Source: an uncultured delta proteobacterium (GTDB taxonomy: Bacteria; Desulfobacterota; WTBG01; CAIYCZ01; CAIRTM01). Taken from it: a stretch of DNA of 64,000 nt. The notes beneath the pieces were generated by a model that worked only from the letters and a program-made list of their open reading frames with translations, was not told the DNA's origin and did not search any database. The position numbers were made by a program, and so were the translations under genes. Positions 33,760 through 45,789 of this stretch are shown one piece after another. The stretch covers positions 416,001-480,000 of the forward strand of contig CAWDSQ010000007.1 in assembly GCA_963804955.1 (NCBI GenBank). The letters run 5' to 3'. The stretch's first letter is position 1. Each line of letters begins with the position of its first letter.

Positions 33760-34302
33760 CTAGAAACGCCAGTTAACAATAACCATTCCGGGGGCCAACT
33801 CGTCAGGAAATCCGGTGAACCATCGATTTTGGGGAAGAAGATTTAAGATTCCGATTTGAACCCCGGTTGTCGCCGTAGCGGCATAATTGACAATGCCCAG
33901 CTGAACACCGGTCAGATGGCCTGCATAGTTTACAACACCGGTCTGAAGACCTTTCACAGAGCCTTCCGTATAGTCAACGATGCCGGCTTGCCATCCAAGG
34001 AAGCTTGCTTTCGTGTAATTGACGAGTGATACCTGCACCCCCTTATAGCGGTCTGCATAATTAAGCAGCAAGCCCACGCTAAAGCCGGCGCTCCTGCCCG
34101 TAGATCCGTTGACAATCCCCAGGGCCAGCGATGTCTGCGGATTTTCGCCCCATATACTGAGTGTCAATCCTTCAATCCTTGTACTTCTGTTGAAAATGGC
34201 AATATCCGGAGTAAGACTAAGCTGTATGGGTTTAGATCCAGCCATTGCTTCGCTGGCAACCATGATAATCATCAGACATACCAATAAAAATATCTTTTTC
34301 AT
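33760..34302 (-). CDS. Secreted repeat protein (LA_2272-like GxQxGxVN repeats)
   Basis: Signal peptide, repeated GVQ/GLQ-xG-xVNY units, C-terminal NWRF. Confidence 0.85.
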   Translation of the reverse strand: MKKIFLLVCLMIIMVASEAMAGSKPIQLSLTPDIAIFNRSTRIEGLTLSIWGENPQTSLALGIVNGSTGRSAGFSVGLLLNYADRYKGVQVSLVNYTKASFLGWQAGIVDYTEGSVKGLQTGVVNYAGHLTGVQLGIVNYAATATTGVQIGILNLLPQNRWFTGFPDELAPGMVIVNWRF

Positions 34303-34539
34303 TTTTTGCCTCCTGCTATTTTTGATTTGGGATACAGCTTGTACCCTGATAACCATACAATTCTTAAATTTTTTTTAAGAATTGCCGTTCTACTTCTGAA
34401 AAAAAACGTGATTTGGAATATGGAGTATACTGCGATAGGTATAAAATATAGAACTTGGAAAATGATGTGTCAATAGCTATGGGCAAGGTTTCAGGATAGG
34501 AGTTGTTGGTTTATGCAGGAAGGCCCCATGCCCCTTCTA

Positions 34540-34660
34540 AGAGCGTGTACGAAAAGCCAAAGCCCCTGCCTTTGGGTTGTCATTCCGGGCACAGCGAAGA
34601 ATCTCGTAGTTTTAATGAATTCGTTCAGGATGACATTACATGACTTTTCATGTACGCTCT
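34540..34660. mobile_element. MITE-like element
   Basis: TIRs AGAGCGTGTACGAAAAG / CTTTTCATGTACGCTCT (14/17) around TGTCATTCC...GGATGACA hairpin. Confidence 0.55.
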
Positions 34661-34711
34661 CCATCAAACGCAGTCCTCAATTTTCCCCTCTACAAACTCT
34701 TTACAAGGGCG

Positions 34712-35986
34712 TTATTGTGTACTTTTACCGGCTGCCGCAAGCTCTGCATCCAGAAGCTGCTTTATTTTTTTCAGCCGCTCGATCTGAGACTGAACGCTGT
34801 CGGGGTCGGCATCGCGAATCTCCTGCTCCACGTCCAGAATGTCACGCTCCTTTTTAAGCCGCGCAAGGCGCAGCTCCAGCTCTTTGGCATGCAAGTCTTC
34901 GAGCTGCTTTGCCGCATCTGCGGACATATCTCCTGCAGCTTGAGAAATGTTCTCCGCAGCACTGGCGCCGTTGGACACATATTTTTTAAGGGAGCCTTCC
35001 CCGTCATACAGCTCAAGGCCGCAGGCTGTAGTTGAAAACATCTTGCCCTTGACCGGCACATAGGCAACGCCGCCTGCCTGAACAAAGGAGAGATAATCGC
35101 TGTAGAGCACCCGATGGGTCTGCTGCTCGAAATTATCGCAGGTAACAGTGACGGCCACGGTCCGGCTGATCCGGTACGGAATGCCGCGCAGCTCTGTAAC
35201 GGGCTCGGAGCCGAGCTGCACATCGGCAGCTGTAATTTTTGATAAAGCCCCGAGATCGCTGTCGCAGGACAACTGAATTTTTACCGCATCGGGTGTGGTC
35301 GCATCCGGTAAAAGCTGTTTTATTTCATCTGTATCAGAGTAGTCCGCTACATACACAGCATCCTTTTTTACAAAATCAAGTGTTGCCGGATCAATCAGCC
35401 GCACCACCTCGATATCACGTATTTTTTTCAGTTCCGTCACTGTTTCCCCGGCAACGGCGGCAATCTTTGCCAGCTGCAGCGCGGTCTGCCCGAGATGCGC
35501 CGCCACATCGGCGGTTGTATCATCGGCGCTGTGATTGATGGCTTTCAGGCGTCCATCGGCAGTGTTTTCAACCGTCAGTTTCGTATCATGGAAAAATCCG
35601 TCCAGGGACTGCGTATCAAGCAGAAAGCCCATGCGGCTGTCCGGTATGGTTTTGAGCCTGACCCTGACCGGCTCCACAACAGCTGCATGCTGCGAAACCG
35701 CGGGCTGCAGGGCTTTGCCGCCTGCATCTTTCTTTATGGCTTTGCCCTGCCCGTCCGCCTGCCAGACCCGCTTCTCGAATTCCGTATAGGTAAGAGTTAC
35801 TTCAAGCAGATTTTTGGGCAGGTAAAACACAATGCCCCGGTGCAAAGCAGCACCGCCGGCAGCATCGACCGTGAAGGGAACAACTCTCGCCGAGGGAGCG
35901 CAGCCCGGGCCGCTGCTGCACAGCAGTGCAAGCAGGCTCAGTGTAAAAACCGCTGCGGGGGTCTGACGGATTGGTTTCATACGCAC
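34712..35986 (-). CDS. Lipoprotein, DUF4831-like, with C-terminal coiled coil
   Basis: Signal peptide with Cys; GIVFYLPK, TIPD, DGRLKAIN...D pattern; coiled-coil tail. Confidence 0.65.
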   Translation of the reverse strand: MRMKPIRQTPAAVFTLSLLALLCSSGPGCAPSARVVPFTVDAAGGAALHRGIVFYLPKNLLEVTLTYTEFEKRVWQADGQGKAIKKDAGGKALQPAVSQHAAVVEPVRVRLKTIPDSRMGFLLDTQSLDGFFHDTKLTVENTADGRLKAINHSADDTTADVAAHLGQTALQLAKIAAVAGETVTELKKIRDIEVVRLIDPATLDFVKKDAVYVADYSDTDEIKQLLPDATTPDAVKIQLSCDSDLGALSKITAADVQLGSEPVTELRGIPYRISRTVAVTVTCDNFEQQTHRVLYSDYLSFVQAGGVAYVPVKGKMFSTTACGLELYDGEGSLKKYVSNGASAAENISQAAGDMSADAAKQLEDLHAKELELRLARLKKERDILDVEQEIRDADPDSVQSQIERLKKIKQLLDAELAAAGKSTQ

Positions 35987-35996
35987 AAGCTACGCC

Positions 35997-36597
35997 TCAC
36001 ATATAGATTAGTTTTACCGGCGGTTTTTTCAGCAGCCGCGCAGCCTGCGCAGGGTCATTGGTTATGGATAGTTCGGGTCTGCTTGCATCTATAAACCAGA
36101 CTCTGTTTTTGCCCTGGTCATCCTGATCAATAAAAAGATTTACGGCATGGTTCTGGCTGATAACGATAGCAACTGCCGGTGGCACAGGCGCAGCCGTACC
36201 GGTAAAACAGCTCCGGCGATACAGGGCGTTTGCCTCAGCTTTTAAGCTGCATGGCGGAATCATCGCAATCGGTAATCTGTGTTTTTGCGGCGGCGGGGTT
36301 CGCCAGCAGCAGGTTGCACCTGGCAAGGGTAAGGATTTCCTCTTTCGATACGGGGCTGTACCAGTCATCAACAAGCATGACTTTTATTTTTAAGTCGGCC
36401 ATGGTGGCGATTTCACATGCGCCGAGAGAGGAAAAAAATTCCAGAAGGCTCTGCCTGATTGCATCGGGTGAAAGAGTGACCATGGGGAATCCTTTCATAT
36501 CATCAAGGGCGTTAAGGAAAGCAGAGTACAGCGCCACACAATAAGGAAGCCGGTTACAATCCTCCTCAATCCCCACTAATCCCCTGTAATCCTCCAT
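35997..36597 (-). CDS. Putative cysteine protease, MOA/agglutinin C-terminal-like (frameshift near 36240)
   Basis: ORFs 36235-36597 and 35997-36374 join; DCDDSA, HAVNLFI, WFID give a Cys-His-Asp candidate triad. Confidence 0.6.
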
Positions 36598-36736
36598 AAA
36601 AAAGGGAGGAGCAAAAAAGATCCGGGACTGTGGACCTCCACCCTTTTTTAAAGGAGAGTCAGCAGGGGTTTTTATCTATAACCGCCCCTTATTGTGTGGC
36701 GTGTACGCTGCTAGAGTTTAAGCGCATTTTTAAACT

Positions 36737-36805
36737 CTTATATCAACAAATCGCATCATCCGCCATGAGTACAAATACTCAATTTAGTATGAGTATTTAT
36801 ACTCA
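36737..36805 (-). promoter_or_regulatory. Tandem palindromic operator plus promoter (second copy)
   Basis: TGAGTA-N4-TACTCA at 36766 and 36790; TGGCGG-17-TATAAG with TG extension. Confidence 0.7.
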
Positions 36806-37177
36806 TACGCCGTTTGGCGTATTACGGGACTTGAAGTTTGACCTCTTCTGAAAATCTTGATTCATGCATAAAAAAACCGGCCCCTTTACAGGACCGGCTT
36901 TTTTGCATAATCAACTTTTTCAAGACCTTCTACGGCGTACAAACCTCCTCGCAAGCAGGCTGCCCGCAGCCGCCGGGCGTCTAAAACATTTTAACGGGAA
37001 GTTCCCCCGTGCAGTCGCCTACAGTCACCTCATAGATATCGCCGGCTTTTTGATTCTGACCGTTTACCAGCACCAGCGCGATGATGATTCTTTTTCCCAA
37101 AGCTGCCTGCAGCATAGTTTCAACGCTGTAGGTTCCCCAGTCAATTGTGGTTGCCATGTGAAAAAGATGCGTTCTCA

Positions 37178-37770
37178 TCACCGCGGATGATAAAAGCCTG
37201 CAGCTGCATGACGGTATTGACCACCTTGCTGAGCCTGCGTGGAAAAAATTCTACTCTGCAGGTTTCTGCCGATATGGTTGTAGTGGTGGTTGCCAGTTTT
37301 CACAATGCTGTCTGAGAACGTTGTGCGTTTTATCGGAGAGCAGGAGTAAATTTCAAATGAACCTGAAAGCTGATTGCAACGGCCCGTCCGCAACCATAGA
37401 TGGAAAGCCCTGATTGTTGTTAAAGGGCCAGCGGGAAGCGTTGCTATAAACTCCGGGCCAAGCATTTCAACTCCTGGAGCATCAAATTCTATCCGCCACC
37501 ACTCGGATGACCATCGAAAGTTCAAACACAAACCCACATCCAGTTATATCAGAGTTGGAATTAAGCCTCACTGATCGGTGTAAAGGTCGAATCGCTCAGA
37601 TTATAGAATTTTGTTTCTCCCCCTCCGATATAATCGCCAGGATCGCTCGTGAAATAATAAAGCGTCCCCGCAGCAGCCTCCCCCGCCAGCAAATAAAAAA
37701 CAATCTGAAACAAAATAATGCATTTCACTATCGGCCAGCAAGAATATTGATGATGTCTCTTTAGCATCAT
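37178..37770 (-). pseudogene. Fragmented secreted/surface protein gene
   Basis: AGGAG RBS, signal peptide ...EAAA, FTSDPGDYIGGG, later GRCNQLSGSFEI in another frame; 3' end uncertain. Confidence 0.55.
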
Positions 37771-37826
37771 ACGCACTCCTTTTTTATTTACCAGTTTATA
37801 AATACTCGCTATGGGATGTGCCGCAC

Positions 37827-38008
37827 GCAGGTTGTGTTGAACAGCGTGAAACCCAACACAGCAGCATCAAATATTGTACCCGGTTCGCAGGTTGCGGTTG
37901 AGCGGAGCGAAACCCAACTCCCCCCGTGCATAGCATCGAGTTTTATATCCAGCACCGCCAGTTTTTCGAATCAGTCGTTGTCTGGTTTCGTTCCTCAACC
38001 CGACCCGG
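37827..38008. repeat. Cluster of REP-like units
   Basis: GCAGGTTG(T/C)G..TTGA...GAAACCCAAC twice plus an inverted unit; similar doublet at 38790-38847. Confidence 0.6.
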
Positions 38009-38032
38009 CTAGACACGAAAATGAACCCGTAT

Positions 38033-38065
38033 AAAAAAGCCCCTCCTGATTTTGAAAGGAGAGGC
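38033..38065 (-). terminator. Riboswitch expression-platform terminator
   Basis: GCCTCTCCT-TTCAAAATC-AGGAGGGGC followed by T6 on minus strand. Confidence 0.8.
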
Positions 38066-38089
38066 CTGCCGTAAGCCAAAAACTTTCAT

Positions 38090-38174
38090 AACCGGCAGCA
38101 CCGCTGTCCTTCAAAATCAAGAATCGGTTGCTTTGCGTACTGCCCCCTTACGGAGCAGCTTGCCCTTTTCGGTT
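38090..38174 (-). ncRNA. c-di-GMP-I (GEMM) riboswitch
   Basis: P1 AACCG/CGGUU, GGGCAAA, P2 GCUGCUCC-GUAA-GGGGCAGU (GNRA), ACGCAAAGC, P3 ending ACAGCGGUGCUGCCG. Confidence 0.85.
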
Positions 38175-38409
38175 CGAACGTATGTGCAATAACTTTACTG
38201 TTTTTTATTTATTACCATTAATAATTAAAGCTTGCAAACCTCAGCATATGCCAATTTTTTTACGACCTTCTGCGGGCTTTGCCCGATGGCCGCGTACAGG
38301 GCTGCTCATTGTCTGACTGTCCACAGTGTACTGTTTTTTATAGCCTCGTTGAAGCAGGCTTCTCAGCATGCACCCATTGGAAATTAAAAAGCTCTAAAAC
38401 CATAAATAA

Positions 38410-38478
38410 ATAATAACAAATTTTTAAATAAATAGCTATGAGTACAAATACTCAATTTGCTATGAGTATAAATACTCA
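38410..38478 (-). promoter_or_regulatory. Tandem palindromic operator plus promoter (third copy)
   Basis: TGAGTA-N4-TACTCA at 38439 and 38463; TAGCTA-17-TATTAT with TG extension. Confidence 0.7.
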
Positions 38479-39018
38479 TACGTTCCGGCACTGCCCACCT
38501 TCTAAAAACCACTTCGGGCCTGGTGTCTGCATTCAATTTGTGGCTGAAAGCAGACCCCAAACCATACATGTGTTGGGCTCTCCCTTATGTGTTGACTTTT
38601 CGTAACTGTACTGTGCAACATAAAAAAGCCTTCAAAAACAAAAATTGCTGTCCGACCACGGAGGATATAAGACCAGCAGAAATTCATCAAAAAGCCGCAA
38701 AAAAGGACTCCGGTCAAGCCGGAGTGACGGATATTTTATCCAGCGCATCAAAAAAAATTAAAGTTGCACAGTTCAGGTAAGCATTTGTTGTGTGGTTGGG
38801 TTGAAGTACGAAACCCAGCGGTTTCATTCGGGTTTAACCCAACCTGCAAAAAAATGACTTTCCGTTTGGGCGCCCATTAATGCCTGAAAAGAGCCTGCGC
38901 TGACCGGGCACAAAAAAAATGCAAGTATTTTAAATAACTTGTTGACTTCTTTCCCGGTTTCAAGTATATATTACGCCTTTTTTCGTAAGACTTTTTTTGA
39001 TAGGGAGGTACTTTTTTC

Positions 39019-41108
<2,090 letters not shown>

Positions 41109-41124
41109 CAAGGAGCATACCTCT

Positions 41125-42414
41125 ATGATTCGTCAAGAACTCACCGCGCGCAATCCGCTGCGCATACTCGAAAAATTTATTTCCGGAGGCCTGCGGACAG
41201 GCGGTCTGGGCCTCGTGATCGCCCCTGCGGGCGTGGGAAAAACAGCCTTCCTGGTGCAGATCGGCCTTGACGCCATTATGCGCGAAAAAAATGTCCTGCA
41301 CATAGCCCTGGGGCAGAACACTGACCATGTCCAGGCGTGGTACGACGCCCTTTTTGACGACATGGCCGGCGGCCGCCACACCGACGAGATCGATGACCTC
41401 CGCAACTCGTCAACGCGGTACCGGGTTCTGCAGACCTATGCCGATACGGCATTTTCTCCGCAGCGGCTCGAGCAGACCGTGGCCCTTTTTCACGACCACA
41501 TCAACTTCAAGCCAGACGTCATCGTGATCGACGGCTTTGACTGGGCATGCGCAGCGCCCGTGCAAATCGCAGCGGCCCTCGGCGCCTTCAGGTCATGCGC
41601 CCACCGACTCGGCGCCCAGCTCTGGATGAGCGCCCAGACGCACAAAACGTTTGCCAAGGCGCACCCCACGGCGATCACCCCGCCCTGCGACGCCTTTGAA
41701 GAGCTGATCGATGTGGCCATCTATCTTGAGCCGGCCGGCAGCAGCGTCTGCGTGCGCATACTCAAGAGCAATGGCTATACCAATATCCCCGACCCGCAGC
41801 TGCTTATTCACTGCGACACGCTGAGCCTTGCGGCTGCAGATGCCGAGCGGCCGCTCAATCTCCCCTCCGGGGCTCACACCCTGCTGTCGGGAGGCGCGCA
41901 GGGCGCTGAAGCCATGTTCGGCCAGTGCGCCGAGCAGTGGGGCCTGCAGGAAATCAACTTTTCCTTCGACGGCCATGAGCCGGCGCGCACCAGGAACCTC
42001 GTCAAGCTCTCCGGCAGCGAGCTTGCCCAGGGTGAGGTCAGCGATGCCTATCTCAGCGCGCAAATGCACCGCAGCTATCCCAGCACGCCGCTGTTCCGCA
42101 AGGTGCTCCAGTCCATCTGGCACCAGGTGAGCACCGCCGGGGAAGTTTTTGTTATTGGCACCATCATGCCCGATACAACCGTGCGCGGCGGCACCGGCTG
42201 GGCAGCCGAGCTTGCCAAGCACTGGCGCAAACCCGTGCTTGTGTTCGATCAGGAAAAAGACAGCTGGTTTACCTGGCGTGACGGAGTATGGGCTGAGGAA
42301 GCCCAACCCGTAATATCCCGCACACGATTCACCGGCACCGGCACGCGGTTTCTGAACGATCAGGGCCGTGCAGCCATTACAGCGCTGTTTGAACGGTCGT
42401 TCGGCGCAAAATAA
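41125..42414 (+). CDS. RecA/KaiC-like ATPase fused to SLOG-like domain
   Basis: APAGVGKT Walker A, VIVIDG Walker B; C-terminal LLSGGAQGAE, GGTGWA, KPVLVFDQ, FTGTGTR. Confidence 0.75.
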   Translation: MIRQELTARNPLRILEKFISGGLRTGGLGLVIAPAGVGKTAFLVQIGLDAIMREKNVLHIALGQNTDHVQAWYDALFDDMAGGRHTDEIDDLRNSSTRYRVLQTYADTAFSPQRLEQTVALFHDHINFKPDVIVIDGFDWACAAPVQIAAALGAFRSCAHRLGAQLWMSAQTHKTFAKAHPTAITPPCDAFEELIDVAIYLEPAGSSVCVRILKSNGYTNIPDPQLLIHCDTLSLAAADAERPLNLPSGAHTLLSGGAQGAEAMFGQCAEQWGLQEINFSFDGHEPARTRNLVKLSGSELAQGEVSDAYLSAQMHRSYPSTPLFRKVLQSIWHQVSTAGEVFVIGTIMPDTTVRGGTGWAAELAKHWRKPVLVFDQEKDSWFTWRDGVWAEEAQPVISRTRFTGTGTRFLNDQGRAAITALFERSFGAK

Positions 42415-42499
42415 AACAGCTTGGACCCTTGCACATAAAACAGCGGGCCCCGGAGTTTTCCGGAGCCCGCTGCTGTTTTCAGCTTTTTGCAAGCAGGCG

Positions 42500-43627
42500 C
42501 TACTCTGCGGCAAATTCAACACGCCGGTTTTTGGCGCGGCCTGCTGCCGTAGTGTTTTCAGCCACAGGATTCGTGCTGCCCAATGCTTTGGTTGCCAGGC
42601 GGTTGCTTTTAATGCCGCGGTTCATCAAATACTCACGAACAGCCTGGGCGCGCTTGTTTGAAAGGGATTCGTTGTAGCGTTCCGACCCGGTGCCGTCAGC
42701 ATATCCCTTGATGACGATCTTCACATCGGAATTATCCACAGCGGTGAGCACGTTTGCCACTTCATCAAGCGCCGGCTGGGCGCTCTTTTTTATAATGGCC
42801 TTGTTGTAGTCGAAAAGAATCATGGACCAGCAGCCGTGCTCATCGATCTTCGCCCCCCTGGGCGTATTGGGGCATGCATCCGCCTCTTCGCAGACGCCGT
42901 CGCCATCGGTATCCTTAACGCACTTGTCAAAGAGCACCCGCTCTACAAAATCGGTCATTGGCTCGCACCCGGCCAGCTTGTCGGCATTGGCCATAAAACC
43001 GCAGCCGCCTGCCTTGACAATCTTTTCCAGAACAATTTTATTGTTATAGTCATCACCAATCTGTATGGCATAGATGCAGAGCTTATCGCCCATTGCCTTT
43101 TTCAGCTTTTCGGCTGCGGCAACTGCATCGCCATCGGTCGATTTGCCGTCGGTCACCAGGATAAGGGCTGTACGGCCCTCGACACCCTGAAGATCCCCGG
43201 CAGCGGCATTGATGGCTTTGACCATGGGCGTATTGCCGGAGGCCAGATCGATCTTGCACAAAGCACCCTTCAGGCCATCCTGCGAATAGGCTGTCATGCC
43301 GTAAATCAAGTCTGTCTGAAAAATGGAGAACAGGTAGTAGCCGTGGCCGAAGGTCCGCAGGCCGCCCGTCAGTTTCACATCTCCAGGTATGCACTGATTC
43401 ATGCATGTGACCGCGTCTTTGGCAATGGCAATCTTCAGCTTCTCGCCAACCTTTCCTCCCATGGATTCTGAGGAATCAAACAGGACAAGAAAATTTTCAG
43501 CTTTTTGCTTGTATTTCTGTACATTTACCATTGATTTACAACCAGGGCCCGCAGCCTTCTGCGCGGCGCAGCCGACACAAAATACCAGTGCAACAAGTAC
43601 TGCCAGTGCTTTCATCTGCCTGTTCAT
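42500..43627 (-). CDS. VWA-OmpA domain lipoprotein
   Basis: Lipobox VGC, DSSES MIDAS, TDG, DTDGDGV repeat, GYAD...YNESLSNKRA...NRRVE. Confidence 0.92.
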   Translation of the reverse strand: MNRQMKALAVLVALVFCVGCAAQKAAGPGCKSMVNVQKYKQKAENFLVLFDSSESMGGKVGEKLKIAIAKDAVTCMNQCIPGDVKLTGGLRTFGHGYYLFSIFQTDLIYGMTAYSQDGLKGALCKIDLASGNTPMVKAINAAAGDLQGVEGRTALILVTDGKSTDGDAVAAAEKLKKAMGDKLCIYAIQIGDDYNNKIVLEKIVKAGGCGFMANADKLAGCEPMTDFVERVLFDKCVKDTDGDGVCEEADACPNTPRGAKIDEHGCWSMILFDYNKAIIKKSAQPALDEVANVLTAVDNSDVKIVIKGYADGTGSERYNESLSNKRAQAVREYLMNRGIKSNRLATKALGSTNPVAENTTAAGRAKNRRVEFAAE

Positions 43628-43844
43628 GTCTTTTCCCCTTTTTTTTGTGTTAGTCTTTTTCGTTGGCGACTCTGTACCTTTTTCAGCAAATAATCTTTAT
43701 ATAGTTAGATAAACGAATTATGTCAATAGACTTCTTCTCTATTTTTTTATATTCATAAAAACTGCGTTAAAACAGATGCCCATGAATAGCCGATTACAGC
43801 AGCACAAACACCCCTGTCAGCCACGGAAACATATTTCTTTTTTC

Positions 43845-44061
43845 CTATATCTCCAACAAGCCCGAAGCATTTAACACCTTTTTGTAGCCACGCAACTTAC
43901 GAGCACTGTATCGTAATGAGTCCTGAGCCTGTCGAACGGGTATGCGAAATCCATGAACGTCCTGTATTGTTGGCATCAGTCTCCGATTTCAACCCTTCGG
44001 TCGAATGACAAAATGCGATGGAGCGAACGGCCAATACAGTGTTCAGCTTTGGAGATGACCA
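43845..44061. mobile_element. Degenerate copy of the 10987-11228 MITE
   Basis: Right end GTTCAGCTTTGGAGATGACCA and similar preceding 45 bp; left end degenerate. Confidence 0.55.
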
Positions 44062-44225
44062 TATGTCGGGCTACAAGATCCAATTAAATGCTCTGGCGCA
44101 TTTAAAATTATCAGGCGGATGGTTCGTGCAGAACATTGTCCCGGCTACGCAGTCCGCAAAAGCAAAAAAAAACGGCGGAAGCCCGCATCGGGCATCCGCC
44201 GTTCCGTTTTTACCGCTCTAAAATA

Positions 44226-44465
44226 TTACTTTACCGTTTTCATCGGCTCGAGCTGCTTCATGGCCATGCCGACAAAAGGCTTGGGCGTAACAGCCTGAAC
44301 GCACTCGATAAGGATAGCTTCCGTAACCGTGCCGCCGTCACCGGCCTTTGTCACGATGGCCTCCATGAGCTTCTTCTCTGTCATGGCCCGGAAGGGCTTG
44401 GGTGATGCTTCGATCATTTTGTCGAACATTGCCTTGCTGTTGTCCTGCCACGTTAATTCTGCCAT
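44226..44465 (-). CDS. Small helical protein (DUF2621-like)
   Basis: W...PKPFR...VTE...TPKPF pattern; last gene of operon. Confidence 0.7.
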   Translation of the reverse strand: MAELTWQDNSKAMFDKMIEASPKPFRAMTEKKLMEAIVTKAGDGGTVTEAILIECVQAVTPKPFVGMAMKQLEPMKTVK

Positions 44466-44534
44466 GGTATCCCTTTCTGTAAAAAGTTTTTCGTACGTTT
44501 CAGCCTGTGTTGCTAAAAAAATCGTTCTTCTACC

Positions 44535-45768
44535 CTACATTGCCATAAGCATCAAATCTGTCAAGTCATAAAGCTTTATTTTTTCATGATTGCGCTTGAT
44601 CGGATCGCTCAGGCTCTGCTCGCAGTACGGGCAGCAGGTGGCTATGGCCTCAGCGCCCGTGGCCTTTGCCTCTTCGATGCGCTCTGCCGCTATCTTGAAC
44701 GAGTGCTCGGGAAATGCCGTGCGCACGCCGGCGCCCGCGCCGCAGCACCAGCCCTGGTCCTTGATCCGCTCCATTTCAATGAGCCGCAGGCCCGGGTATC
44801 GCCTTCAGGATGTTGCGGGGTTCCTCATATATACCACAGTGCCGGCCGATATGGCAAGGGTCATGCCAGGTAACGGTCAGGGGCACCTTCTTGGTGAACT
44901 TGATGGTCCCGTCGGCAACAAGCTTCTCAAGCACCTGCGTGACATGCAGCACTTCATAGTCGATGGCCGGCATGCCGGGCACTTCAGGAAAATCATACTT
45001 CAGGGTATGGTGGCAGCCCGCGCAGTGGGTGATGATCTTTTTAACGCCCGCCTGCTTGAAGGTCTCGATATTGCGCTTCACGAGATCAAAAAATGTGGCG
45101 CGGTCGCCGATGCGGATGGCAGGGCTGCCGCAGCAGATCTCCTTCTCGCCGAGTATGCCCACCGTCAACGCCGGCCTGCTTGCAGTATCTTTACGGTATT
45201 GATGATTTCGTGCTGCAGCAGGGGATCAAAGGCAGGGGTGCAGCCGGCAAAAAACAGATACTCGCACTTTTCCTTGTCGAAATCGGGCAGATCAAGGCCC
45301 TTGGTCCAGTCGCGCCGCTTGGTGCGGGGCTGCAGCCAGGGGTTATCGTAGTTCTTGATGCTCTTCAAAAGCTCCTTATGCGGCGGCAGCGGCGCAAGGC
45401 CCTTCTCGACCAGATAGGCCTTCAGCGCTTCGGCCGCCTTCAGCGGCTCCTTTTCATTCAGGCGCAGGCAGTTCATCTCGCAGGCGCCGCAGGACGTGCA
45501 GGTAGTAGCAGATCTTCAGCAGCTCCTCGGAATCCGTTGCGTCGAAATCGCCTTCGAGCAGGGCGCGGATAATGTGAAACTTGCCCATGGCGCTGTAGCC
45601 GAAGTTGCGCGTATAGCGGAACTCCGGACAGATTTCGCTGTACTTCGAGCTCTTCACATTCCAGCCCCACTGGTTCATGCACCAGTTGCAGCGCGCATCG
45701 CCCCAGGCCATTTCCCGGTAGTCTTCAAGGTTGCGCTCATAGACTTTTTTGTCGATTTTCGGATACAT
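44535..45768 (-). CDS. (Fe-S)-binding CCG-domain protein (GlpC/HdrD-like); frameshifted
   Basis: CTSCGAC, FAGC, EICCG, WHDPCHIGR, WCCGAG, CCPYC across four ORFs. Confidence 0.85.
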
Positions 45769-45789
45769 GGCTTACTCCAGAAAAAATTA

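Noticed and set aside
38233..38254. Sigma-54-like TGGCA...TTGC upstream of the riboswitch
   Set aside because: GG-to-GC spacing is 15 nt, not the required 10
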